DNA of 64,000 bases, taken from positions 60,388,001 through 60,452,000 of the forward strand of contig OZ024745.1 in assembly GCA_964016885.1 (NCBI GenBank), in the 5' to 3' direction. Of the stretch, positions 1 to 13,415 are shown piece by piece (the stretch's first letter is position 1; each line of letters begins with the position of its first letter). The notes under the pieces are model-generated. The model ran no database searches, had not been told where the DNA came from, and saw nothing but the letters and a program-made list of their open reading frames with translations. A program made the position numbers and the translations under genes. The stretch is from Eledone cirrhosa. Lineage: Eukaryota.

Positions 1-203
1 TCTCCGAGGCACAAGTCTGGGTAAGGTTGTTTGTGGAAGACCAGCAGTCGTCCATGCATACCAGTCTCCCCTCTCCACACCACCGATGTTGTACAAAGGA
101 AACGCAAAGCCAATACAGTTTGGTACCAGTGACGTCGCAACTCATTTCTACAGCTGAGTGAACTCGAGCAACATGAAATAAAGTGTCTTGCTCAAAAACA
201 CAT
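1..203 (-). mobile_element. CORE-type tRNA-derived SINE fragment
   Basis: Contains GAGCAACATGAAATAAAGTGTCTTGCTCAA, shared with copies at 2720-2955, 37620-37760, 38740-38896, 43149-43350 and 60530-60791. Confidence 0.65.
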
Positions 204-212
204 GTGGGAGGG

Positions 213-256
213 ACCGTCCTGACGATGGCCAGTTAACCCTGAAATGCATAGACGGT
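213..256 (+). ncRNA. Minimal type-I hammerhead ribozyme motif
   Basis: ACCGTC-CTGACGA(219-225)-weak stem II-GAAA(241-244)-TGCA-TA-GACGGT. Stem I is a perfect 6 bp; helix III is the palindrome ATGCAT. Confidence 0.7.
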
Positions 257-1723
257 TGTCCCCCTTGCTTCTGCTGGACATCACCAGATACGTTAGCCCC
301 CCTCCCCCCTCCCCGGTGTTTGCATAGCTACGGCTTCCTAAAACCGTATTTCTTTGGAGATACGAAATATTTATACATATATATATATATATGAAAAGCG
401 TCAGGATCGCGTCAGTGTGTGTTGATGTGTGTATATTTATCAAAAATACCTTTGAAATAACTTTTTTGAAAGGTTCTTTCAAGCATTCTTTTAAAAACGT
501 TCTTTTTATAGGGCCTTGGGGGGGGGGGGTGTTTTTTATAGGTATTTTGAGGGTGTGTTTTTCTGAAACATGTTTTTTTATGTTTTCCATTTTTTTTTTA
601 ATTCTTTCTAAGTATTCGCTGAACATTCAATATTTACTGTGATTGTAGCATATAATACAGTTGCGGGTTTGTATGTGATTACTGTGGGTGTATAAGTGCC
701 CATATGTATCACGCCTGCGCGAAATATGGACATGGGTGTGGGCGCCTACAGGCCGGGAAGGCTGCGACAGGGCGGGAGCGTTTCAATCATACAACCCTTT
801 ACCTCCTACAGTAGTAATTTCGATATAAGAAACAACTTTGATTGACAAGTGGCAAATGAAAGGAACCAAATATAGGACGGACATGAGAGGTCAAAAATAC
901 CGATGACGTGTACAATTCTTGACCACTCATCGAAGGACAACAACAGGACTTAAATTGCCGAGTGAAGGCCGCGGGTGTAACTGGACATTTGGAAACTCTG
1001 CTTCGAGAATCGAGACGTATCTGAGGATCTTGCGATTTCAGAGTTAGGTTGGATCATTGCATCGATCGTGCCTCGAGCTGGTCGCCAGAGAAACGATTGT
1101 AATATGTCTAATACATTTTATTCGTCGCACCACTGATTCTCCATTTCTTATGTGATATTATACTCTGCTCTGTAAGAGTATCGAGTGCTCAAACGGCCTA
1201 CCGCTTACGGACGCTTTAAGCATCCCACACCAATTATATATATATATACCGACTTTAAATAAACCGAAACTATTAGGATTTCCAGAAGTTGACTGAAGAG
1301 AAGGGACTGTCCGTTTTTACCGTTCTTTTCTACGTTGTCTTGGTTGATTTCTCTGTATTTAGCACTTGGTTCTTTGTCTACTTAGCAATGTTTATCATGT
1401 ATCTGTATTCTTAGCATCGATCTATCTATCACTATGTACCAATTTGTTTATCTATCAGCTTGTTGTTTAATTAACTGGATGTCTGTCTTACATATATAAT
1501 ACATCGTCTATACATCGTCTTCGTCTATCTATCTATGTATCTCTTTGTTCTCTTCTTTATCTTTTAGCCTCCACCTCCACCGCCACCCCCTCTTCAACTC
1601 TTTCATTTACGATGGCCTATTTTCCTCTCTTATTTACCTTTTTTCCTTCTCCGCTCTCTTCTAGTCTTTATAAGTATTTTGCCATTTGTCTCGTATTTAT
1701 TTATCTATCTATCTATTATCTAT

Positions 1724-1857
1724 CTCTCCCCCCTATTGGGGATTTCGATTGTTGAAATTGTTTGTTTTTATATTTTTTACACGACTGTATGTAAAATCCC
1801 CGGCATGTCTTTGTATTGTCCCCTTTCTTGTTGCGCCCTTGTGGCTAATAAAGAAAT
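1724..1857 (+). mobile_element. Tx1-like LINE 3' UTR fragment in a (TATC)n tract
   Basis: CCCCTATTGGGGA...CCCTTGTGGCTAATAAAGAAAT matches the 3' ends at 10465-10600 and 12630-12754. TATC repeats on both sides. Confidence 0.8.
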
Positions 1858-2389
1858 CTATCTATCTATCTATCTATCTGCCTGTCTGTCTATCTACCTA
1901 CCTATCTATCTATCTATCTATCTATCTATTTATCTATCTATGTCTATCTATCTATGTCAATCTATCTATTTATCTATCTATCTGTTTGCCTATCTATCTG
2001 TCTATCTATCTATCTATCTATTTATTTATTTATTTATTTATTGAAGGAACATGAGGGTGTGGTGGAGGAGGTGTGGTTTTGAATAGTTTCTATTATCTTA
2101 CAACACACACGCTCACTGAATTACATGTACATATGTAGGTGTGCATGTGTGTGCGAATATATGTGTGTGCGTGTATGTGTGTGAGTATGTGTGCGCGCGC
2201 GTGTGTGTATGTATGTGTGAAAGAGAGACTGTGAGTGTGTGTGTGTGTGTGACGGAGAGAGACTGACAGAGGTTCGTTTGGTTTGACAAACAGGAGAAAG
2301 AAAACTCAATATATAAATCAAAGTATATATATTTTTCATTGGCTAAAAATAGCTGCAAAAATTACTCGGGTATCTAGAGCTTCGTGGCA

Positions 2390-2457
<68 letters not shown>

Positions 2458-2719
2458 AGGATTGTTTAATGTGTAAGTTTGCGCGCACACATACACGCAT
2501 GTGAACAGCACTGCAAGAAGTATGCCGAGAGTGCAATGAAATACAAGGATTCATACATACACACACACACACACACATACACACACACACACACTTGCAT
2601 ACACAATCATACACAATCATACAATGATGCAAATGACTATACACTTACACAGATATATATACATACACACTCACACATGCACACACCGACACACCCACAC
2701 ACACACACGCGCGCGCGCC

Positions 2720-2955
2720 ATCGACAAGATCTCCTTCGCTTGCCAAGTGGGGTGCAACTTGTCAAATCGGACCAGGGAAACAATGTTTCCATTGGTCTTT
2801 CCATTGCTGATATTCTACCGGTCGAAATTACTGACAGAAAGAGCAACATGAAATAAAGTGTCGTGCTCAAGGGCATAACTCACCGACCGGTCCAGGAATC
2901 GAACTCGCAACCTCACTATTGCGAATCCAATTTTCTAACCACTAAGCCACGTACT
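2720..2955 (-). mobile_element. CORE-type tRNA SINE
   Basis: Reverse complement gives A-box GTGGCTTAGTGG and B-box GTTCGATTCC; homologous to 43149-43350. Confidence 0.75.
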
Positions 2956-2974
2956 TTCAATACATACGAACACT

Positions 2975-3005
<31 letters not shown>

Positions 3006-3006
3006 A

Positions 3007-3357
<351 letters not shown>

Positions 3358-3447
3358 AGTATGTGTTGGTTGTTTACCGATACCTCAGTATGCAGATTGG
3401 AGTACTCGACGAAGTAGGCAGGTTGGTTTGTTTACTCCGGAGTAATG

Positions 3448-3761
3448 TAAAATAAGTAAGTCAAACATGTTAAATTTGGCTTCGTTTATTATAATTCTCT
3501 GCTATATATATTTCAGTGACAGCTATTATTGGCTGTGACCTCACCATATGATTCCAGTTTCTCGTAGGACAAACAACACACCAACGAGCTGGACATCGAT
3601 GAATTAACAGAGTGGAACACATTTCAACACCATGTTTACCTGTTCTTTCTACATTAATTCGTACTGCCTGATGAGGTCACAGCCAATAATAGCTGTCACT
3701 GAAATATATATAGCAGAGAATTTATAATAAACGAAGCCAAATTTAACATCTTTGATTTACT

Positions 3762-3768
<7 letters not shown>
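3448..3768 (+). mobile_element. Fold-back element in (TA)n with hammerhead (PLE pLTR-like)
   Basis: 3448-3543 is the reverse complement of 3672-3768; full hammerhead at 3664-3716. Confidence 0.8.
3664..3716 (+). ncRNA. Minimal type-I hammerhead ribozyme
   Basis: CTGC-CTGATGA-GGTCACAGC/GCTGTCACT-GAAA-TATATA-TA-GCAG. Confidence 0.85.
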
Positions 3769-3800
<32 letters not shown>

Positions 3801-3911
3801 ACAAGCATGAGTAAATCGAAATATAATCATTCTCGATTTCGCTGTTCCATAAAAGTTCAATAAAAATTAGATGCGAAAAATATCATATTCCGGAGCACAT
3901 ATATTTTATAA

Positions 3912-4215
3912 TACCCAGTCCAGTCCAATCCTCTGAAGATCTTTGAAAGTTGAGTGCCAGGTTTTCTTGGATCTTTTTTTTATCCGCTGGGATCCATCTA
4001 ATTGCTACAGAAGGGTTCTGGTAGTCAGACATGCGCAGAATGCGTCCAGCCAGTTTCAGGCGCCTTTCAACGATGGTGTCAGTCAGTAGCCTCTGTTTAC
4101 TTCAGAACCTCTACATTAGTAATCAGGTCTCGATAAGTGATTTTCAAGATTTTTCTTAAGCATCTTTGTTGGAAAACGTTGAACTTTTTTAGAATTTTGG
4201 CATATGACAAGGCAG
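3912..4215 (-). pseudogene. RTE-type LINE ORF C-terminal remnant
   Basis: Manual translation across frameshifts: KKFNVFQQRCLRKILKITYRDLITNVEVL...LTDTIVERRLKLAGRILRMSDYQNPSVAIRWIP. Confidence 0.75.
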
Positions 4216-4237
4216 AAAATAATCAGAACACACACAC

Positions 4238-4293
<56 letters not shown>

Positions 4294-4342
4294 GCGCGCA
4301 CATATTCACACACGCGCACATATATATGTTATATGTATATAT

Positions 4343-4511
4343 AAGTTTATCCCGGGTTCAATCGGGGGTAACCACAGTAAGTAAGATACTCAATACAAGG
4401 TAGAGTATAAATATCTAATATAGAAAGGCTTCTACAGGAAGAAATAATCAAGAAGCCCTGATGAATTCTCCCGAATGAAACAGTTCTAGTCCTGAGAAGC
4501 CATTTCTATAT

Positions 4512-4515
<4 letters not shown>
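4343..4515. mobile_element. Fold-back element family B in (TA)n with hammerhead core
   Basis: CTGATGA(4458-4464)-ATTC/GAAT-GAAA(4477-4480)-CAG..CTG; stem I not evident. Short inverted arms ~4416-4439 / 4490-4513. Homolog at 42979-43128. Confidence 0.65.
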
Positions 4516-4554
<39 letters not shown>

Positions 4555-4557
4555 ATG

Positions 4558-4594
<37 letters not shown>

Positions 4595-4597
4595 ATG

Positions 4598-4703
<106 letters not shown>

Positions 4704-4803
4704 CTGATTATTTACTGCCTTGTTCTGATTATTTTCTGATTATTTTCCGCCTTGTCATATGCCAAAATTCTAAAAAAGTTCAACGTTTATTTAATATCAT
4801 TGA

Positions 4804-4842
<39 letters not shown>

Positions 4843-4845
<3 letters not shown>

Positions 4846-5260
4846 TCAATGATATTAAATAAATGGAAACTATATTTATAAAACCATATTTATTCTATTA
4901 TATATATTTCAAGAGTACTAAAACTTTGGTACGCTCTCTTCAGATAAAATACAAACTTTGTTTTATAAATATTGACATAACCAGGAATAGGATCTTAACA
5001 GTTCAAGTTATTCCTAAGATCCTATTCCTGGTTATGTCAATATTTATAAAACAAACTTTGTATTTTATCTGAAGAGTGCGTACCAAAGTTTTGGTACCCT
5101 TGAAATATATATAATAGATTAAATATGGTTTTATAAATATAGTTTCCATTTATTTAATCTAATTGAATATTATACTCCAGAAAAATTGTTGAGTGCTTTG
5201 AATCAGTTATAAACATTTATATTTGTTGAATTACCAACAAATTAAATATCCTTTTTGCCT
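4843..5260 (+). mobile_element. Fold-back element with a hammerhead in each arm
   Basis: Arms ~4853-4999 / 5015-5158. Plus-strand motif CTGAAGA(5069-5075)-GTACCAAA/TTTGGTAC-GAAA(5102)-TATATA-TA; minus copy at 4891-4951. Relatives at 35355-35634 and 43385-43590. Confidence 0.85.
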
Positions 5261-5280
5261 GTATATATATAAATATATAG

Positions 5281-5490
5281 GATTGATGAAATCCGAGCCT
5301 GTTTGAATAAAATCGACACTTTGGACTTCTATCAAGGTTTTGAAGCTCACTACAAACATAAAGGCATATCTTTCTGGAGACGAATAATCAGAACAGTTCA
5401 CCCAGAATCTATTAATGCTTGGGGACGGAACACTTCCTGTAGATAGCAAGGGAGCTATTGATATAAGTCCCATGAGCACGATATATAAAC
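5281..5490 (+). pseudogene. Helitron PIF1-like helicase remnant
   Basis: Manual translation DEIRACL..STLWTSIKVLKLTTNIKAYLSGDE*SEQFTQNLLMLGDGTLP resembles the Helitron helicase segment ACLKSS.LW..LxxNMR..LLxIGDG. Confidence 0.65.
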
Positions 5491-5747
5491 TAAATGACTA
5501 ATTCTGTTTTGTTTTTTTTAAATCAACGGAGACAACCTAGAAAAATTAGCTATTTTCCACCCCAACTACGTTATTCCAATTCCCCCACCCCTAATATTTG
5601 GGACCTGAGAGTATATACGAACATTTACATATATGCATAATGCACAAACATGCATACGACACACACACAAAATAGAACACGGCGTCTCATATATTTACAT
5701 GCTCCATCGCCACACACACACACACCACGCGCGCACACACACACACG

Positions 5748-5818
<71 letters not shown>

Positions 5819-6235
5819 ACACACACATACGTATATATACACACATTCTAAACATGTACACACATTTACAGAAATAGACATACATAGTCACTGAGTCACT
5901 TGGCTATCCTTCTGTCCTTTCGTTTGTCTGCTGTGTATGTAGAAGCTTGTACCTCTTGTTTTCCTTTTGTCTGCCTGTCTCTCCTATCTATTGGTATATA
6001 ACTCCTCCATATTTTGTCCTATGCTATGTACCTGTCCGCACCACCTCCCGCCCTGCCCCGCCCCTGCTCATATTTTCCTCTTTGTCTGTCATAGTTGTCT
6101 CTCCATATAACTCATGTCTTTCTTTCTTCTTTTCTATCTATCTATCTATCTTTCTATCTATCTGTCTCTTTATCTGGCTATCTATTTATCTTTCTGTCTA
6201 TCTATCTATTTTTCTAAGAAATCTATTTATTTATC

Positions 6236-9200
6236 ACAAAACAGTACGTAACTTTTGGTGAGAGTGGTGCTTTCAGCATCACTTCTCCTCAACAGTTACG
6301 CAGAGAAACTGTTCTAAAAACAGTAATTTTTAGGACGGTTTCAAATGTGTCGAAAAAACCAGTTCAGTTATCCCAAAACGATATTGAACTGGTTCTGAAG
6401 AATTCCATGAAGGATATTGCCTTCATCCAAAAAGGGAAACTTTTTGGAAGCATTTCGGTGTTGTTGAAAGACCAATTATATGGGGAAAAAAACTCAAAAA
6501 ATAAAAATTTTGAACATTGCACCAAATGTAAACGTCTGGCGGATTCTAACTGGCTTCATCGATTTCGACGAAGACACCATCATTTCGGTGGGAAACTCCT
6601 CCAGAGGCACATTCAATGGTACAAGCATGGAAGTTCTGGTCCAAATGAGGCCAGAACGGATAGCTAAAATACCCCCAACGTGTGCCTCTGGATGGAATTT
6701 CACACATAAACATTTCTGTTGAAGGTAGGCGGCCTTCATGTTACCAAAACAAGAACAACAAACCAGCCTGCAAGCATAGTCCCACCTAACCCCACTCCAC
6801 CTGAAACCATTGCAAAAAGACCCACAAACACAACAGCTCCCCAAAACATACCCCTTCCAAATAACACAGACACCACAACGGACGAGGCCCCGACATCATT
6901 ACCAAGTGATGATGAGGGAAAGCCTCTCCGTTCCAAAAGAAAGAAGAAAAGACACCACAAGACCAAAAAAACAACAAACATCACTACAAACATACAACCA
7001 CCAACACAAACAACACAAACATTACAAACAAAAACCCCCCGTCCCGAAAACAAAACCACGACATCACTCCAAACACAAATACCTACAACAAAACGAAAGC
7101 TTCCACAAGAACAACAGACAAAAACCACCGCAACACAAGAACATTACACATACGTAAACAGTAAAAACAAAACTTTAATGGAGCGCATCTCCAACGACCC
7201 TTTTCTATCTATCGAAAACTTTTTCGAACTGTGTAGACAAACCTAATTTAAAGATGATTAGGGTCCCTACGAACACCTATAAGTCTTTAAAGGAAAACTT
7301 TCCTAAGGACGTGGGTAATCCTTGTGTTAAACCCATTAACCGCGTCCTTTTAAAAAGTTTCCCCACCCTCACCCCAGACACCCCCACCCTACCAAACATC
7401 TCCGTCCCCACCCCGCCGGAAACCACCACCCACCCAGACAACTCCTCTAACATCCCCATGGAAACCGTGCGGCCTGATCCCCGGGAGACGAAGAGGTGAG
7501 TGTTTTCTTCTCTTTTAACTTTTCAGAACCAACATGGCCAATATAAGAGTGGGTGTGTGAATGTACGCGGCCTGGGTATGCCCTGGAAACAGGGCAAACT
7601 CTTAAACGACCTCAGGTCGCACAGTATGGATGTAATAGCCATTTTCGAGTCCAGGATCCACAGCGAGCGACAGCTGGTCCCCATCTTCGATGACTTTGAG
7701 ATCTACAGCCTCAAACGATTAATCGGCCGATTGACCTGGCCGATAGATATCGACTAGATGTTCCGACTGTGCCACTGTGGACGTGGACTAATCTCAGCGG
7801 AACATCTAGATCGTACCTAGATAGGGTTCTAGTTAGAAATAAGGATAGGGACATGTTAAGCTGTCCACAAATGTTCATGGTTGCCTATTCAGATCACAAA
7901 CTAGTGACCTGCATGGTCAACCTTGATAGAACCCATAGACAGGGACCCGGCTACTGGAAGCTGAACTTGTCGTTACTGACATGCAAAGCCTACAGTAGAC
8001 GGATTAGCACTTTAGTTAAACAGCACTTGACAGGGGCCATTGTCAACAACAGATGGTGGTACTCTCTCAAGAGGGCAGTTAGATTAGACTCGTTAGTTTT
8101 TAGTAAAGAATTAGCGTTAGATAGAAATAGAACCGAGAAAGAACTGGTAGATAAAGTAGAAGAGGCAATTAGAAGTGGCAACGTAGCCAGCGTGCTAGCA
8201 ACGAGAACGTTCTTGGACCAGTTCTTCGACGCAAAGCATGAGGGCTGCGTTGTCAGAAGCAAAATACGTGCTCTGGGAAACGAGGGAGCCAAAGCTGTTA
8301 GCTGGGCCTGAGTGACGGAGGCAAAAAGTGGCAACAAGTCCACGATTCGGTCTTTGAAGGACCAAAACGGACGCGTGATACGTGAGCCGAAGCAGATGTG
8401 TGCGGCCTTTCAGCGGCACTTTGCTCAGCTGTTCGGGCAGGGCGGCGCGCCGGGAGGGGCTATGGATTTCAGTCCATACCTTGACGGCCTACCGCGACTC
8501 TCGGACAGCGAGGCAAAGTTCTGCGAAAAGCCGATTTCAGCCGCTGAGATAGGGGACGCGCTGAGCCAATGCGGCAAACGCAAATTTCCAGGTCTCGACG
8601 GTCTACCCTACGAATTTTACGTAGCAATGCCGGACTTATTCTCCGGTCTCCTGGAAGCGGTCTACTGCAACTGGCAACAAAACGGGAGAATTCCCGGTTC
8701 TGTGACCGGGGGCGTAGTCACACTAGTCAGGAAGGACGAGAATAAGGGGGATGACATAGGCAACTTCCGGCCCATAACTCTGCTAAACAGAGTTACAGAT
8801 TTTGGCCAAGGTGTTGGCAAAGAGGCTGGCGCTTGTCGTCGAGAACCTGGTGGGAGAAGCGCAGACATGCGCAATCCCGACCAGGTCCATACACGACAAC
8901 CTCCACCTCATGGATACATCATAGAGAGGGTAGGGTGTAAACCCGGCTTCGGTGGGGCCCTAATCAACTTGGATCAGTCTAAGGCTTTCGATAGGGTTGA
9001 CCATCGTTACCTGGATGCGGTGCTCGAGGCGGCAGGCTTCGGACCCGTGTACAGGGGCTGGTTTGTTGCAATGCATAACAGCAACATCTGCTCAAAGATT
9101 AAGGTGAACGGCTACCTCTCGGAGCCGTTCCATATCACACGATCCATTCGACAGGGATGCCCTCTCTCCTCCCTTCTGTACGTATTGACTCTCGAGCCAC

Positions 9201-10600
9201 TACTGCGGAATTTGGAGCTATTGCAGGGCATCCCTCTGGAACCGGGACTGCGGAAAGCGGCGTCGGCCTACGCCGACGACGTGACAGTAATGGTGTCGAG
9301 CGCCTCGCAAATCGAGGAAGTCGGCACCTTACTGGAGGAATACGAAAGGTTCACAGGAGCGAAGCTGAACCGGGACAAGTCCATCCGTTTGCAACTCGGA
9401 TCGTGGAGTGGCAAACCGATGCCTTCCGATGGTGTCGTCGGACGCTGGACGGAAGGACTAGTAAAGCTGCTCGGGGTCTGGTTTGGTCCGGACCTCCAGG
9501 TGGAGAAGAACTGGAACGAGGTGTCGGCAAAGGTGTTTGCACTCACCTATAAGTGGGCCGAGTGAAAACTATCCTTGAAAGGTCGAGCGAAGGTGGCGAA
9601 CACTTTTATAGCGTCCGCCATCTACTACCGCTTGACCAGCCCTGTCCAGCCAAAACGCTCGCCAAAATGGAGCGCGCGCTCTTCCAATTCCTTTGGAAGA
9701 GGCGGGCTCCTTTGGTGAGAAGATCCATCTGCTGCCAACGCCCTTCCAACGGAGGGCTGGGTATGCCGTGGCTGACGATGCGCAAACACGCGCTCAGGCT
9801 GCGGCATCTCTACGTATTCCTCACCGGACAACCGGTGTGGGCCCCGTTCGTGAGGCGAGCCTTCCCACGACTCGTCTCGCTGACCGAGCTGCAGTCCTGG
9901 GTCAAGCAAAGACCCAGGAAAATGGGCGACTGGCACATCAAATGTGCTCAGGCGCTCACAGCACTCTGGCAGGCGAACCCGGCGATCAGTGGAGACTCCA
10001 CTTCGTCATTCTATAGAGGGTTGATCCGCAGCAAGTGCGACGACGTGCTCGGTGAAACTCTAGGCGTAGAGGAGGACGAACTGGCCAGTCTGTTCGGTAG
10101 GACCTTCCGCCCGGGACCGATGGACAACTTCCAAAAGTCCCTGGCCTGGCAGTGCTACCGAGGAGCTCTACCAGTTCGAGACAAGCTCTACAGACATGGG
10201 CGCCCGGGCAGGGAGCCTGCAAAAAAGATCTGTCCGAGGTGCGTGCGAGGTGAAGAAACCGTCGCGCACGCATTCATACACTGCCCTGGCGTCACCGACC
10301 TGTGGGGCTATGTAGAACGACTATTGACGCGGGTGGGACCAATCCGGTTGACCACCGAGTCCATTGTCATGATCAAGTGAGGAAAGGAGTACAAACTCTT
10401 CGTACTCCTGGAGATGAGGGCTGCACATTTTTTCGGGGGTATGTGTTACCCATATAAACTGTCTCGCCCTATTGGGGAAAATCGACTAACTTTTTAAATT
10501 GCATTTGTGATAACATTTTACACGTTTTTATTGTATGTAAACTTCCCCCTTTGTATTTGTCCCCTTCTTTTGTGCCCCTGTGGCTAATAAAGAAACATAT
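6236..10600 (+). mobile_element. Tx1-clade non-LTR retrotransposon, 5'-truncated and degraded (copy 1)
   Basis: ORF1 remnant homologous to 51912-53953. ORF2 remnants: APE endonuclease (YLDRVLV, SDHKLV), RT (PGLDGLP, FRPITLLN, LDQSKAFDRV, IRQGCPLS, YADD) and C-terminal CPRC..EETVAHAFIHC. Internal deletions; 3' end AATAAAGAAAC followed by (TATC)n. Confidence 0.92.
7534..10380 (+). pseudogene. Tx1 ORF2 (endonuclease-reverse transcriptase), frameshifted
   Basis: ORF pieces 7500-7757, 7769-8311, 8312-9565 and 9553-10380; ~0.3-kb endonuclease deletion at ~7706 relative to copy 2. Confidence 0.9.
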
Positions 10601-10862
10601 CTATCTATCCATCTGTATATATATAATAAAAGATTATGCTCGGTGCTCTTTCCTAAGGGGTTAATATATCGAACTTCTTCGCATTTGGTAAAAACTGATA
10701 TTATATCCAATTTATTCATCTTCTGTGTATATATAATATATATATGTGTGTATGTGTGTATGTGTGTATGTGTGTGTCTGTGTGTGTCTGTGTCTCTGTC
10801 TGTGCGCGCGCGTATGTGTTGTGTTGTGTTGTGTTGTGTTGTGTTGTGTTGTGTTGTGTTGT

Positions 10863-10947
<85 letters not shown>

Positions 10948-11274
10948 CTGTCTGTGTGTTTGTCTAGATAAGTGTTTCAGATTGACGCTAATTCGGGGTA
11001 AAATCCTGTAAGAGGGGGAAATAGCGACAGTCTGCATCAGTAACAATAGTTTGTTATTGTCAATACGTTTAGCTGTGTATGTTTATCTAGTCAATTATCC
11101 ACCCGTCCAGATAACCATCTTCCTTCCTACTTATCCAATAATCTTTTCGGCTAAATTTATAGATAATAAGGGTGGATGCACAGATAGCTGGATGAATGCA
11201 AAGGCAGGCGGAGCCATGTAAATAGATATGTATGTAGATATATACATAGATAACTGGTAGATAGATAGATAGAT

Positions 11275-11991
11275 GTCTTTATTAGCCACAAGGGCACAAA
11301 AGAAAGGGACAAGTACAATGGGGGAAGTTTACACTCAATAAAAACGTGTAAAACAATATCACAGATGAAAATTAAAGAAAAACAATCGATTTTCCCCAAT
11401 AGGGGGGAGACATTAACTATGGGTGACACATACCCCCGAAAAAAAATGTGCAACCCTCATCTCCAGGAGTACGAAGAGTGAGCACTCCTTTCCTCTCTTC
11501 CTCCTCTTCCTCAACCTACAGGCTGATATAGAGAAAAGGCCCATTCACTCGGGCCATTCTCACCACTTTCACCCACCTTTCATAAAACTTGATGGGGTAC
11601 AGCACCTCTCTCTCCATCCTAATTCTTCTTCCAAAGTGGTATTTGAAAAAAAGAATCAGTTGTTGGTCGGAGAGAAAGGTGGCTGATCTCAGCCCTTTCA
11701 ACCTCGTCCACCATATAACCTTCTTTCACCATTGCCATCACACAGAGGAAAACCGCCTCTCCTTCGTTTTTGAAGGAGGGTGGCGGTTTGATCATGACAA
11801 TGGACTCGGTGGTCAACCGGATTGTCCCACCCGCGACAATAGTCGTTCTACATAGTCCCACAGGTCGGCAACTCCCGGGCAGTGTACGAATGCGTGCGCG
11901 GCGGTTTCCTCGTCGCGCACGCATATGGTAGAGCTCCTCGGTAGCACTGCCAGGCCAGGGACTTTTGGAAGTTGTCCATCGGTCCCGGGCA
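11275..11991 (-). mobile_element. Tx1 3' fragment (minus arm of head-to-head pair)
   Basis: Encodes MDNFQKSLAWQCYRGAL / EETAAHAFVHCPG; ends in AATAAAGAC followed by (ATCT)n. Confidence 0.88.
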
Positions 11992-11993
11992 GA

Positions 11994-12754
11994 ATGAACA
12001 ACTTCCAAAAGTCCCTGGCCTGGCAGTGCTACCGAGGAGCTCTACCAGTTCGAGACAAGCTCTACAGACACGGGCGCCCGGGTAGAGCCCTTCGAAAAAG
12101 ATCTGTCCGAGATGCGTGCGCGACGAGGAAACCGTCGCGCATACATTCGTACACTGCCCGGGAGTTGCCGACCTGTGGGACTATGTAGAACGACTATTGT
12201 CGCGGGTGGGACCAATCCGGTTGACCACCGAGTCCATTGTCATGATCAAATCGCCACCTCCTTCAAAAACGAGGGAGAGGCGGTTTTCCTATGTGTTATG
12301 GCTATGGTGAAAGAGGTTATATGGTGGACGAGGTTAAAAGGGCTGAGGTCAGACACCTTTCTCTCCGGCGAGCAACTGATTCATTTTTTCAAATATCATT
12401 TTGGAAGAAGAATCAGGATGGAGAGAGAGAGGTGCTGTACCCCAGCAAATTTTATGAAAGGTGGGTGAATGTGGCAAAGATGGCCCGAGTGGTTGGGCCT
12501 TCTCTCTATATAAGCCTGTAGGTTGAGGAAAAAGAGGAAGAGAGGAAGGGAGTACTGACTCTTGGTGCTCCTGGAGATGAGGGTTGTACATTTTTTCGGG
12601 GTGTGTACAACCCCTGTGTAACGCCTCCCCTCTATTGGGGATTTCAATTGTTATTTGTTATTTTATTAATAGTTTTGTTTTCATATACCTGTATGTAAAC
12701 TCCCCATTTGTATTTGTCCCCTTCTTTTGTGCCCTTGTGTCTAATAAAGAAATT
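11994..12754 (+). mobile_element. Tx1 3' fragment (plus arm of head-to-head pair)
   Basis: MNNFQKSLAWQCYRGALPVRDKL...; 3' UTR AATAAAGAAAT followed by (TATC)n. Confidence 0.88.
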
Positions 12755-12929
12755 TATCTATCTATCTATATATTTATCTGCATATCTATCTCTCAAAACA
12801 TCTATTATAATTTTTACCGTGTTTGCTCTATTTGTCTCAGTCAAGTACTTTTCGAGATATTTGGGGGATTTAGAATTTGAAACTTTGGAGTTCAAATACC
12901 GAAATTGTTATAAATAATGGTAATAATAA

Positions 12930-13082
12930 TTGTTTCTACTTTTGGCACAAGGCCAGCAATTACCCCAGTTCATTACTGGTGCTTTATTTTATCGACCCCG
13001 TAGGAATGAAATGCAAAGTTAACCTCGGCAGGATTTGAACTCAGAACCTAAATGGCCATAACTCTATGCTGCAAAGCATGGT
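12930..13082 (-). mobile_element. Meta-domain tRNA SINE, 5'-truncated
   Basis: Reverse complement of GAGTTCAAATCC...TTTCATCCTTACGGGGTCGATAAAATAAAGTACCAG...GGCCTTGTGCCAAAAGTAGAAACAATT. Confidence 0.75.
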
Positions 13083-13336
13083 GTCTGATGTAACGTATTT
13101 GTCTATGTCTGTTCTTCGAACTCTCCTTTTGTTTTTGAATAATTTTCTTTTTTTGCCAATATAGTCTGTAGTTTGTGTCAGCCTGGTTCTCTTTACCATT
13201 GTCTCTAGAGTTCTCTGTTTCTGCCACTTCATTTATTAAGATTCATTTTATTGAATTCTTTTTTGTCTGATGCAAGCTTTACAAAAACAGCAGACATGGA
13301 AACATAGAGAGATTTATGGATGAAGAGCGATAAGGC

Positions 13337-13415
<79 letters not shown>

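Noticed and set aside
1260-1335. GAAA upstream of CTGAAGA (possible type-II hammerhead); similar on the minus strand at 41110-41150
   Set aside because: Stems I and II could not be formed convincingly.
3932-3950. CTGAAGA..GAAA hammerhead-like string
   Set aside because: No stems; it is the antisense of RTE coding sequence.
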